Part shown: positions 14,801 to 27,710 of the stretch, one piece after another
Numbering within the stretch: position 1 is the first letter of the stretch
How the letters are laid out: every line of letters begins with the position of its first letter
Source: Basidiobolus meristosporus CBS 931.73
Lineage: Eukaryota > Fungi > Basidiobolomycota
Assembly (NCBI GenBank): GCA_002104905.1
Contig: MCFE01000471.1
Coordinates: 5,562-69,561, forward strand
Reading direction: 5' to 3'
DNA: 64,000 nt
Notes under the pieces: generated by a model
The model's input: only the letters and a program-made list of their open reading frames with translations
Told to the model about the DNA's origin: nothing
Databases searched by the model: none
Position numbers and translations under genes: made by a program

Positions 14801-16400
14801 TTATATTGCAATAATACTCTGTCTGAGGAAGCTAATGCAGTCCAACATGTATTGCAAAGCTATACAGTATTGCACTCAGTATAAATCAAGTGCAAACATA
14901 TCCAATATATTTGATGGCAAACATTACAAACAGCTAAGAAGCAAGGGCTACTTTGATGGTATGTTTGACCATGCCTTTGCTTTAGCACTTGATGAATGCT
15001 CATTAAACTAGTATTCCACCAGCAAATCCTGCTGACCACTGGTTCTCATCAACCTGAATCTGCCACCCATCTTACAATATCTGAGCCATAATCTGATGTT
15101 AGTCTCACTGGTATCTGAGCCTAAATCCCCGTCCAATCTGGATTGCTATCTGTATCCATTGCTGGATGAGTTTTGTATGCTTCTCATTGGGATAACAGTA
15201 AATAGCCATCATGTGAAAGTGCATATTATTATCTGCATTGGAAATACCCCAGCCATCAGCAAGATAGCAGGTTTTTCTGGGCACAATGAAAGGTGTTGCT
15301 GTTGAATGTGTGATGTCAAGGGGATTTACCCCATAACTCACACATATTACTTTCACCCAAACATCAGGACCAAGAACCAAAAAAATCAGTTCAAGTTTTG
15401 GTAAACACAATACTAGCTAAACTCCCTATTCCTCTACAACTCTTGTACCAAGACTTGTAGCAGATTTACTCCATAACTCACATGCATTATTATTGCCCAA
15501 ACACCAGCACTGAGAACATCATCTTCCCTCAGAGAGAATGTACAGAAGTCAGCATGCAATTGCAGCAAAGTTGGCAAGCTATAAGCCATTGGCCAGAATA
15601 TGGAATCAATTGGACACTGGAGATAATCAAGATAGAGGGTATCTGTTGGGGCAAAAGCTTTCCACTGGGAGCAATGCATTTTCTTTTCAACAATATCCCA
15701 ATACTGATGACCAGGTTGTACATGGGGCATTTCAAGCTGAATGAGTCCTTTAAGATACCAGATAAATTTGAAAGAATTGGTAAGGTATTACAGGGTATCT
15801 GCTACCCTAGGTGCTTCTCACAGGCTCTAATCAATATTTATACGCATATGCAACAATACAAATGCAAAGACTGGATGAACTGGATATGTATTTATTCAAG
15901 TGGCATTCTGAAGCCATTCCTACCAAAAGTACATTGGAAGCATTGGGAGTCATATGTTGACAATGAAGGAGTATTTATCCAGAAGTGGATCACTGATGCC
16001 AACTTCATACATCTACAGCTGTTGTGTGAGGAGTTTGTCACAGGATTTGAGTGGCTATACTATAAACATAAAGCTGAATGCATAGATCTCTGCTGCTACA
16101 GTATCCGTTCTCTACTCCATCTTGCATGGTGTTAGGAGAGTAGTGGGCCTTGCTTTACCTTTTGGGAGTTTCCTATGAAGCAGATGTGTGGGGAGCTAGG
16201 AAGACAAGTCAAATTGCATGCATTACCATATCCCAATCTCATCAAGAATACTACCTTCAAGTCTGTCATGGATGTGAGTTGGAAAATACTGAGGACAAAT
16301 GTGCACATGGAGACATCTATGTATATGGCATTAAGAAGCTAAGCAGCCCCAATGCATGGGTAATCAGTTAAGCAATGCAAAGTTGGGTTGGGTACAGCAA
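11900..16400 (+). pseudogene. Most complete decayed CACTA/EnSpm-like transposon copy
   Basis: ORFs 14709-15011 (FALALDECSLN), 15096-15305, 15482-16135 (PLGAMHFLFNNI...YKCKDWMNWICIYS) and Cys-rich 14030-14761. No clear TIRs recognised. Confidence 0.75.
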
Positions 16401-16407
16401 GCAACCA

Positions 16408-16530
16408 ATTTTTGCCAAGATTATGTAAAGGTATAAATATCACTTTTACATCCAATAAATCATCAAGTGAAAACTATATAATCTACTTGTTCTCCAAGTC
16501 ACTTCCAATATCTCCAGGACTCTTACAACA
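16408..16530 (+). repeat. Copia family B LTR 3' fragment
   Basis: Matches the 3' third of LTR 46850-47180 and ends CTCTTACAACA. Confidence 0.7.
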
Positions 16531-16689
16531 ATAAGATCACTAAGAGGGTCACTAATTACAAGCTGCTGGTATTATAACAGTCTCTGTATGAGATCTTGAC
16601 AGTAGATCTGGATTGGATCCACCTGTGAGACCAAATTATACTTCTTAGGGGACCATATAGAGATTTTCAAGTTTGTACCCTCATTGATG

Positions 16690-19423
16690 TGATGATTTGG
16701 CTATTACTTGTCTGATTGGATCTCCTGGCATTTGATACTGGAATGATCACTTCTTGGATATTCCTGGGCACTTATTCAGGCTGAGCCACAGCTGTAGGGT
16801 CCTCTGGAGTGAAAAAGATCTCATTGTTTTGCTCTGATCCAATCCTTACTACTGATGGACTTGAGATCACATTTTTGACATCATCTGATGTCAGTTTCTG
16901 TGAAAATTGGAATTACATCAATCAACATAACCTTAGACTTGGTCAGCATCTTTTCTTTGGTATTGTAGAGCTTGTATGCCTTACTCTCATTGCAGTAGCC
17001 CAAAAATCTGGATTTTACACTTTTTGGCTCAAATTTTGACTGAATTCCAGGCAGTTTCTTGACATTTGCTGTACATCCAAATATTCTTAGATGCTCTGTA
17101 CTTGGTCTGTATCAATATCATGCTTCAAGTGTGGTAAAATTGCCAAGTACTCTGTTATAACTCCTATTATAAAGGTATACACCTATGGCAACTGATTACA
17201 TCCAAAAATCACAAGATAATTGTTGATCATGGATCTTGCCATATGAATTGTTGATCTGTTTGCATATTCTGCTACTCCATTGTTTTGTGGGGAGTATGGT
17301 ATACTAGTCTGTTGCTTTATCCCACAAATTTGCTAAAGTGAAGGAAGAGTTTTGAGGTATACTCTTCACCAATGTCAATGCATATCTTCTGGATTTTTTC
17401 ACCAGTCTCACTCTCCACCATGGCATTAAACTCTCCAAGCTTAGACAGAGCTTCTTCCTTTCTCTCCATGAAGTAGACCCACATGTATCTTGTACAATTA
17501 TCAATAATAGTGATCAAATACCTCACCCCACCTAAGGATAAATTTTGCATAGTTCTGCACAGATCTGAGTGAATTAGATCTAATTTTTTCTTAATTTTGA
17601 CTTACCCAGAGCTCTTGAACAGTTGTCTGGCTTGTTTCCCATATTTGCAAGCTTCACAGTGCTCTAAATTAGCTGGGGGATCAATTTTTACTCTGGAAAT
17701 TAGCTGATATTTAACCATCTTGCGCAAATAATCAAAATTGATGTGCCCAAATCTCCTATGCCAAAGCATTGGTGTTTCTTCATTTAAGTTGCTTGTATTG
17801 GCTTCCAGATATGATGGAATTTTGGTCAACTTTTATAGACTCTGATCTCTGATACCCAAAGCAATATGGGCACCATTTTGATCAGTGATCATGCATCCAG
17901 AATTGTCAAAGCAGAAACTGAGTCCTTCTGCTGGGGCCTTGCATATATATAGTAGGTTCTTGGCTATATCTGGTACACAGAGGACTTCTTTAAAGGTCAG
18001 TGTATGACTTCCTTCACTGCTTCTGAGGTTTACTTGGATAATACCTTCTCCCACTGTATCAAGTGTTCTATTGTCACCCACAGGAACCTTCTTAACTGCA
18101 TCAAGTGTTCTATTGTCACCCATGAAAACCTTCTTGAATGAAATTTCTTGGTATTGGGTAAAAATTTCTCTTTGGTGTGTAAAGTTTTGAAATGCACCAG
18201 AGTCAATATAAAATGTCTGAGAATCCCTGCTTGTGGTCATATTTAGTGCAGATATGAATAGTCTATCTTCAGATGTTGCAGTATGTCCCTATTTAGGCTT
18301 CTTTTGCTAATTATCTCTCTTTTTGAGATGCCGGCTTGATGTGTGTCCAATCCTGCTGCAGTAGTTGAAAAACAGGTTGCTGTTGCCTTTGTAAGGACTT
18401 GGGTACCATCTTTGTTGGTTATTGATTCTTGTTAAAGCATTTTCTTCTTCTTTCTTATTGACACTTAATTTTCTTAATTCTTCATCCAGTAGCCCTCTCT
18501 ATACGTATTTTAAGGTTAAATTTTCAGTTCTGGACTCTAGGGCTGATAAAAGGCCCTGAAACTTGTCTGTCAGGCTATTCAGGATGGTTACTACCACATC
18601 CTCATCAGTAGTTGGTACACCCACAGATTTCATCTCATCTACCAGCAGGGTAATTCTGTTAATTAGATTTTCATTTCTTCTCCTGGCTGCATCTTTGTAG
18701 TAAAGAATATTTGTCCCAGATACATTCTCTTAGCAGCTGAACACAACTGGTAGGTGACCTCTAATGCCTTCTGGGCATTCTTTGCTGTTTTTGCTCTTGA
18801 GCATTGAATTAGCAATTTATCTTTAACATTAAGGCAAATACAGTTAAAGGCACTTTGCTCTTTCTTCTGATACTTTAATGCTTCCTCTCCCATGCTTGTA
18901 GGAGGGCATTCTTCTTGCATGTCAATATCCCAAAGACCTCTTTCTTTTAGCAGCATCATTGTCTTCACCTTCCACACTTGGTAGTTAGATCCATCCAACT
19001 TTTCAGCAGAGGGAAAAGTTCCAGCAATACCAGCAGCAGTCATTGCAGACAGTCAGAGCTTAGGGCCCATAATCTGCTGTAAGAGTCTTTGAGTTATTGG
19101 AAGTAAATGGTAGAACAAGTAAATTATATGGTTTTCACTTAGTGATTTGTTGAATGTAAAAGTAGTATTTATACTTTTACATGGTCTTGGCATTATAAAC
19201 ACAGTGAGTAGGCTAAGGAAGGTCCCAAGAGCATGTGTACAAAGTTTGTGGCTCTTTGGACAACTTTAAGAATTTTTGTGTTATAGGTACCTGGTATTTT
19301 GGTGAAAATATTCTAAGTAAATCCCAACAAGGTATTTGGTCAGCATTCCCTAGGATTTGAAGTCAATGATCTAAGTGACTAAGTTAGGTGAATGTTTAGG
19401 TGGAATTACAATTCTTTACAATA
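16690..19423 (-). mobile_element. Old copia family B 5' part (LTR 19075-19423, PBS 19063-19074, gag-protease-integrase)
   Basis: ORFs 18663-19043, 17833-18240, 17602-17829 and 17317-17550 are homologous to the 47-kb copy; decayed PBS GATTATGGGCCC. Confidence 0.9.
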
Positions 19424-19667
19424 TATAATGCCAGCTATAAGTCAGGTGAATACCAAGTTTGAGATTTTTCATAGGGAATGTAAAGCTTAGTGCATAGATC
19501 TCTGCTGTTACTGTATTCATTCTTGACTCCATCTTGCTTGGTGAGTAGAAAATAATGGGCCTTTTTTTGCCTTTTAGGGGGTTCCAATTGAGCCAATGGG
19601 TGACAAGATACAAAGACAAGTCAAATTGCAGGTACTACCATATCCCAATCTTATCAAGAATATTACA

Positions 19668-20013
19668 TATTGTAAAGTTTTGATTCCACCTAAATAGTCA
19701 CCCAGCTTGGTCACTTGGATCATTACCTACAAACTCTAGAGAATACTGACCAAAATCCTTGTTGGGATTTATTTGGAACATTTTTACTAAATATCATGTA
19801 CCCAAAACATGAAAACACTCAAAGTTGTCCAAACAGCCCCAAACTTTGCACACATGTTCTTGGGAACATCCTAAACCCATTCTAAGTGTCTGCTGTGCCA
19901 AGAAAATGTAAAAGTATAAATGCTGCTTTTACATTCAATGAATCATTAAGTGAAAGCCACATAATATACTTGTTCTCTCAATCACTTCTAATATCTCTAA
20001 GACTCTTACAACA
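19668..20013 (+). repeat. Isolated copia family B LTR (diverged, no TSD)
   Basis: Colinear with LTR 46850-47180, ends CTTACAACA; flanked by non-contiguous CACTA pieces. Confidence 0.75.
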
Positions 20014-20717
20014 GAACTAAGGGTATTGCTGTCAGATGTGTGGGATCCAGGGAATTTACTCTATTACTCACGCAAATCATTGTTAACCAAATACAATCAC
20101 TAAAAACATCAACTTGCTGCAGAGAGAACATACAGAAGTCAGCATGCAACTGCAGCAAAGTCTTTAAGCTATAAGCCATTGGCTGGAATATGGCAATAAT
20201 CAAAAAGCAGAAATACTAAAGATAGAGGGAATCTGTTGGAGCAAAAGCTTTGCAATGGGAGCAATGCATTAGCTCTCCACAATATCCCTACACTAATGAC
20301 CAAGATAAACATGGGGCATTTCAAGCTAAAAGAGCCCTTTGAGATACCAGAGAAGCATGAAAGAATTGGCAAGATTTTACCAAGTATCTGCTGCCCAAAG
20401 TACCTCTCACAAGCTCCAATCAATAATCATCCACATATGCAACAATGTAAATGCAAGAACTGGATGAACTGGATATGTATTTACTCAAGGGGCCTTCAGA
20501 AGCAATTTCTACCCAGAGTGCATTGGAAGGATTGTGAGTCATATGTGTCATTGTTGGAATAGTTATCCAGAAGTAGATCACCAATGCCAATTTGCCACAT
20601 CTACAGCTTTTATGCAGGGAGTTTGTGATAGGATATGAACAGCTTTACTACCAATATAAAGCTGAGTGCATAGATCTCTACTGTTGCTGTATCAATTCTT
20701 GACTCCATATTGCTTGG
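20014..20717 (+). pseudogene. CACTA-like transposase fragment
   Basis: ORF 20236-20562 (HMQQCKCKNWMNWICIYS) homologous to 15482-16135; a further piece lies at 19430-19667. Confidence 0.7.
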
Positions 20718-23700
20718 CTAACTGCTGCAATATGATCAGATCCATATATCTGATTATGTTGGCTGACAGCTACCACTGAATATGAGATATCTGGCTGTGT
20801 TCCTAGCATGATATACGTCAGACTGCCCACTGTAGATTGACAAAGAAAGTCAGGGCTTTCAGATGGCACCAAGCTCTCTTGATTTGGTTGAGTTTTGACC
20901 AAGTTATTGCTTGTCTCCATTGGGGTAGCTGCTAGTTTACAGTCTTCCATTTGGTATTTCTTTAGTATATCTGGAATATACTTGGATTGGCTTAGGGCAA
21001 TAGTCTGGGTACCTATGTCTATGGAGAGCTTAATCCCAAAGTAGTAACTGAGCTCTCCTAGATTGGATATCTTGAACTCCTTAGATAGGCCGGATTTAGT
21101 CTCTTCAATGTTTCTAGGTTATTGGTGGTTATAATAAGATCATCCACATATAGAGCTAACAGATCTGGATTTGCCCTATCTGGCTTATAGTATATACTAT
21201 AGTCAGCATTACTCCTTTTGAAACTCAAAGATTCCAAACGAGAATCTATCTTGCAATTCCAGGCTCTTGGTGATTGTTTGAGACCATATAGTGACTTTTT
21301 AAGCTTGCAGACCAAATGGGGGTTATCTTGGTCAACAAACCCATCAGGCTGGTCCATATACACATCCTCATCAAGTTCTCCATTCAAAAATGCAGCTTTT
21401 ACATCCATTTGATGAATAAAAAACTTTTATTTGGCTGCAATAGCCAATATTAATCTGATGGAATTAAACTTGGCTACCGGTGCAAAGGTCTCAGTATAGT
21501 CAAGTCCTTTTGTTTGAGAGTATTCTTTGGCTACAAGTCTTGCTTTGTATCTCTCAATTGTACCATCAGCCTTGTATTTTGTCTTGAAGACCCATCTGCA
21601 TCCAATTGATTTTTTGTTGATTGGTAATTTGACTAAGTCCCAAGTTTGATTTTCCATCAGGGTCTGATATTCCTCAGTCATTGCAGATCTCCAAAACTTT
21701 GTCTGTGGGCTATTTAGGGCCTCTTTTACAGTCTGGGGTTCATCAATATGGACTGAATAGGCATAGGCTAAGTTTGTACCCTCATTGATATAGTAATTTG
21801 GGCTATTTCTTGTCCAATTGGATCTCCAGGCATTTGATACTGGAATGATCACTTCTGGGATATTCCTGGGCACTGATTCTGGCTGAACCACGGTTGTAGA
21901 GTCCTCTGGAGTGAAAAAATTCTCATTGTTTTGCTCTGATTCAATCCTGACAATTGGTGGACTTGAGATCAAATTTTTGTCATCATCTGATGTCATTTTT
22001 TGTGAAGATTTTGAATTTTCATCAAACAGCACATCCCTGGACTTGATCAGCTTCTTTGCTTTGGTATTGTAGAGTTTGTATGCCTTACTCTCATTGCAGT
22101 AGCCCAAAAATATGCATTTTACACTTTTTGGTTCAAATTTTGACTGATTTCCGGCCAGTTTTTTGGCATATGCTGTACACCCAAATATTCTTAGATGTTC
22201 TGCACTTGGTCTGTATCCATGCCATGCTTCAAATGAAGTAGAATCACAAAGTATTCTGCTATAACTCCTATTTTTAAGATATACAGCAGTGGCTACTGAT
22301 TCCGCCCAAAAATCATAGGATAATTTTTGATCATGGATCATAGATCTTGCCATATCAATTACTGATCTGTTAGCACGTTCTGCTACTCCATTTTGCTGTG
22401 GGGAGTATGGTACAGTAGTCTCTTGCTTTATCCCATGAATTTTGCAGAAGTGGATGAAGAGTTTTGAGGTATATTCTCCACCATTGTCAAAGCGTAATTT
22501 CTTGATTTTTTCACCAGTTTCTCTCTCCACCATGGCTTTAAACTCCCTGAGCTTAGACAGAGCTTCTTCCTTTCTCTCCATGGAGTAGACCCATGTGTAT
22601 CTTGTTTAATCATCAATAAAAGTGATTAAATACTTCATCCCACCTAGGGATAAATTTTGCATAGGTCCACACAGATCTGAGTGAATTAGATCTAGTTTTT
22701 TCTTAGTTTTGGTTAGCTCAGAGCTCTTGAATGGTTGTCTGGCTTGTTTCCCATATATGCAGGCTTCACAGTGCTCCAAATTAGCTGGGGGATCAATTTT
22801 CACTTCAGATATTAGCTGATCTTTGATCATTTTACGCAAATAATCAAAATTGATGTGTCCAAATCTCCTGCGCCAAAGCATTGGTGTTTCTTCATTTAAG
22901 TTACTTATATTGGCCTCCAAATATGATGGAATGTAAGTCAACTTGTATAGATTCTGATCTCTGATGCCTGAAGCAATATGGGCACCATTTTGATCAGTGA
23001 TCCTGCATCCAGAATTGTCAAAACTAAAACTGAGTCCTTCTGCTGTGGCCTTGCTTACAGAGAGTAGGTTCTTGGCTATTTCTGGTACATAGAGTACTTC
23101 TTTAAAGGTCAGTGTATGGATTCCTTCACCGCTTCTTAGGTTTACTTGGATAGTTCCTTCTCCCACTGCATCAAGTGTTCTATCATCACCCATGAAAACC
23201 CTTTTAATTGGAATTTCTTGATATTGGGTAAAAAGTTCTTTTTGGTGTGTAAAGTGATGAGAAGCTCCAGAGTCAATATACCACATCTGAGAATCCTTGT
23301 TTGTGGTCATACTTAGTGCAGATATGAATAGTCTATCTTCAGTTGTTGCAGCATTTCTATATTCAGGCTTCTTTTGCTGATAATCTCTCTTTTTGAGACA
23401 CCGGTCTGATTTGTGTCCTTTCCTTTTGCAGTAGTTGCAAAATAGGTTGCTTTTGCCTTTGTAGGGTCTTGGGTACCTCCTTTGTTGGTTATCATTGCTT
23501 ATTAAAGCATTTTCTTCTTCCTTCTTATTGGCGCTTGATTCTGTTAATTCTTCATTCAGGAGCCTTCCATATATGTAATTTAAGGTCAAATCTTCAGTTC
23601 TGGACTCTAGGGCTGATACAAGGCCTTGAAACTTGTCTGTCAGGCTATTCAGGATGGTAACTATCACATCCTCATCAGTAGTTGGTACGCCCACAGATTC

Positions 23701-24477
23701 CATCTCATCTACCAGCAGGGTAATTGTGTTAATTAGATTTTTCATTTCTTCTCCTGGCAGCATCTTTGTAGTAAAGAATTTTTGTCTCAGATACATTTTC
23801 CTGGCAGCTGAACATGACTGGTAGGTGTCTTCCAATGCTTTCCAGGCATTCTTTGCCATTTTTGCTCTTGAGCATTAAATTAGCAATTTGTCCTTGACAT
23901 TAAGGCAAATGCAGTTAAAGGCACTTTGTTCTTTCTTCTGGTACTTTAAGACTTCCTCTCCCACGTTTTTAGGAGGGCATTCTTCTCCCATGACAATATC
24001 CCAAAGGCCTCTTTCTTGTAGCAGCATCTTCATCTTCACCTTCCACACTTGGTAGTTGGATCCATCCAACTTTTCAGCAGAGGGAAAAATTCCAGTAATA
24101 GCAGTAGTAGATATTGCAGAGAGTGACAGCTTGGGGCTCATAACCTGTTGTAAGAGTCTTGGAGATAATAGAAGTGATTTGGAGAACAAGTAGATTATGT
24201 GGTTTTCACTTAATGATTTATTGAATGTAAAAGTAGTATTTATACTTTTACCTGGTCTTGGCATTACAAACACGTAGAATAGGTTAAGGAAGGTCCCAAG
24301 AACATGTGTGCAAAGTTTGGGGCTGTTTGGACAACTTATCTAATTTTCATGTTCTGGGTAAATATTCTAAGTAAATCCCGACAAGGAATTTGGTCAGTAT
24401 TCTCTAGGATTTGAAGGTAATGATCTAAGTGACTAAGTTAGGTGAATATTTAGGTGGAAATACGAATTTTTACAACA
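20718..24477 (-). mobile_element. Copia family B, young copy, 3'-truncated in RT (LTR 24146-24477, PBS 24134-24145)
   Basis: ORFs 23875-24273, 22606-23859, 21427-22581, 21058-21408 and 20678-20950 give gag-PR-INT-RT interrupted by TAA stops and a frameshift; near-identical to the 46850 copy; no 3' LTR. Confidence 0.96.
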
Positions 24478-25000
24478 GATTTGTGGTAATCCAGAGTATA
24501 CACGCGTGGTCTTTTGGCCAAAGTGTATCAATGCATTGCTTGTTACGGATGCATTATACATCCGAGTCAATGAGTTAGCATATGAAATCATATCAGCACC
24601 ACCTGTGTAGCTCAACCCTAGCATTTATGTATGGTACATATCTGCAACAGAAGCCAAAGCCGGTGGGATTAGGTTGAGATTCAATTTGGTTTTGAGGATA
24701 ATAACTAGGTGTGAGAGGCCAGGTTCTGGATGATTCAGTAGTAGGCGAATTACTTGAAACACTTGAAGCAATTGAAGGAGGTGATGTAGTGTACTCCAAT
24801 TGCCCGAGAGATGGGATGCAGCCGATTTGTTTGGGAGGGGGATTTTGTGACGATTCTGCTGTGGCTACTCTTGGATGTGAGCAACCTGCTGTTGCTCAGG
24901 TGGCCTTGCAACTTCCACATGCCTGCCTATGGCCTTTCGCACACATTATTCAAATCACTTGGCCGTTTTCTCCTTCCACTGGCCAACCACGAGCATTTGA

Positions 25001-25029
25001 CCAATCACGGCAATCGCAGCCCAGCCAAT
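25001..25029 (+). promoter_or_regulatory. Paired CCAAT boxes upstream of YPT1
   Basis: GACCAATCAC at ~25000 and AGCCAATCA at ~25024, about 260-285 bp upstream of the ATG. Confidence 0.35.
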
Positions 25030-25285
25030 CATCACGAGGAGGTAGGTCAAGTGCACGATTAACAATAGCTTGGCTGCGGGTAAAATGGGTAGCCGGAGAG
25101 TTACCTCCAGTGGTACATTTCGTGTTGGGTAGACCTACCCAATACGTGCCGACATCCCGATTTCCATAATTGTCCAGATTGTAGCCGCATTTTAGCCTCC
25201 CCACGTCAAACTGTTGACGGCAATATCCATTCCTTTCTTGAATCATCAACCTCTCTTGTAGATAGGAAGTGCCGCCGCCGTCGTC

Positions 25286-26197
25286 ATGAATCCCGACTAG
25301 TAAGTGCTCCCCAACTCAACCCCTCTACTGTTTCCTCTCTCTCCCGTCTACGACCGATGCTTTGCGTCAAGGGATGTTCAAACTTCCGTTCCCCACGACA
25401 GTCAAGGACAAAAGCCTTTGTCGACTGGCGTTCACCTATCTCCCCCAGGCTTGTTTACTTTACTGACCTCAGCCCATAGTGATTATCTATTCAAGCTACT
25501 ACTGATCGGGGATTCAGGAGTAGGGAAATCCTGCCTCTTGCTTCGTTTCGCTGACGACACCTACACCGAGAGCTACATCAGTACTATTGGGGTGGATTTC
25601 GTAAGTGCTGTCGCACCCAGTCCTTTTGAACGCCTCACTAAGCTGCGCCACCCTCTAGAAAATCCGCACCATTGAGTTGGAAGGGAAAACCATCAAACTG
25701 CAGATCTGGGATACCGCCGGCCAAGAACGCTTCCGCACCATCACCTCCTCTTATTATCGCGGCGCTCACGGCATCATCGTTGTGTACGACGTCACTGACC
25801 AAGACACCTTCACCAACGTCAAGCAATGGCTACAGGAAATCGACCGCTACGCCTCCGAAGGGGTGGACAAACTCCTTGTTGGCAACAAGAACGATCTGAC
25901 CTCGAAAAAGGTCGTCGATCACGATGGCGCCAAGGTAAACTTCTCCTTCCCAAATCGCCCACCGACACCCGCGCTCTGACCAGGCGGTTTCCACAGGAAT
26001 TCGCCGACCAGGTCAATATTCCGTTCCTGGAGACGTCCGCCAAGGACTCCACGAACGTTGAGCAAGCCTTCCTTACCATGGCCAGACAAATCCAAGAGAG
26101 AATGGGCACTAATACGCCCACTCCATCCAACAAGCAGAACATCAAGATCAGCCAGGGTAGCTCGGTCCCTGCCCAAACCAGCGGTGGCTGTTGCTAG
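25286..26197 (+). CDS. YPT1: Rab1/Ypt1 small GTPase, 4 exons (25286-25299, 25480-25600, 25659-25934, 25997-26197)
   Basis: [52 protein letters not shown]-terminal GGCC prenylation motif; GT-AG introns restore the frame. Confidence 0.97.
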
Positions 26198-27710
26198 GTC
26201 TCGTGCACTCTGCAGTGCACCGATGCGTCTCCACAGACCAACTGACGAGACTAGTCTTGTTTCCCTTGCAACAGGCCTGTAAACTCACGTTTGGGCGCAT
26301 ATTTTGAGCCATGAGACTCGATCATTAGTTGAAGTGTGTATTTGTGCACTCCATTCTTTGTTTCGCTTCGGTGCGCGGCCTCTGTGGGCAGCAACACCCG
26401 TTCGTTTTTCAGCTGTTTAAGAGATACATTCGTTTCATCAATTAAAGACCTGGGTTGCCTACTTCACGATGGTCACCGAAGTTCTCGAGTTGTTGGGTAC
26501 AGCCACAACCGTCATCACCACCATAGCCATAACTAAAACGATGTCCACATTCATTACCATAACCATCACCATCACCATCACCGATCCTCTCCAAGAAAGG
26601 ACAAATTGATGGAATCGAGAATCAGAATTAACCAGCATCTTCGCAGCAATCACCATGTATTTAATCGCACTGACAGGGAGGTCGATATTTTCGCATCAAA
26701 AACGATTTTGTGACTTGTGATATTCAACAAAAGAATCTTGATTGAAATTCCTCCTTTTTTTTTGTTTCCTCCAAGATTGATTTTCTTGGAAACAATCATC
26801 CTTACCTTGGTCTCCTTCAGTGAACTTCACCGTAGGTTCGCTTTTCAGTTGAAGATATATCGAACGGGGCAGTATTCTCGGTACGCTACCAACCCCAGTA
26901 TTTCCTTACCACTGACAGGCCCTCGGGATTTCTCTCCTTCCCTTCCCTTCCCTTCTTCGTTAGCGCAGTGCCCGTCAGTGTGCTTGCCTCAGTCAAGCCT
27001 CGTTGTCGGTCAACTTGATTTTCACTTGTTGTAAAGCCCCTCGTTCACGTCCCATCCAATCCCCCATTCCTTGGCAACCCACACTGAACTGTTCCTTTTG
27101 TAGCTTTGATCGGATATTCGTTGGGAAAAAGTGATCCTTGCTGAACAACCATTCAAATAGAGAGGACTAGGTAAGCCGAGCACCTGGCCATTTCCTGGCT
27201 CCGGTTCCCTTGAGAAGGAAAAAACTAAGGGATTCCCTCCACTAGGTCATCTACGCATCGTTCCCGCGCGTTGGTTGAGTTCAATCGGTGCTCCTGCTTT
27301 TCTCGCCTTCCTTTCGTTTCCTCTCCTTCTTGTTTACACTTGTTGGCGTACCTGTTCGAGTACGTCAACATAAAATAGATAGTTTCAACCTGGACTCGTG
27401 GTATCCCGATAGTAGTCGGAGGACTCGTCGTGCGCGGCACAACCTATCACCACACAACCCTTCTGTTGATAGAATCCAGACCAACAGCGAGGAGCCACTA
27501 GGTGTGAATGAGCCTCCAACCGAACACACTGCATCCGCACCCTACAATCCCACCTCGACGAGCAACCTCACTCCACACCCCGGCACCGGAAGCTCCAACT
27601 TTCCCCTCACCCACCTGAACAACCCCAAGGAAACGGTCGGGGAGCTCACGCTACCTCCCCGCAAGCGAATCAAAATACCCTCTACCGCACTAGATCGGAA
27701 ATTGGAGCAG

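Noticed and set aside
26510-26585. ACCATC-type hexamer repeats (also GTAACT-like at ~30280 and CAGTAT at ~41107) giving His- or Val/Met-rich ORFs
   Set aside because: Short intergenic microsatellite-like tracts with no supported coding context.
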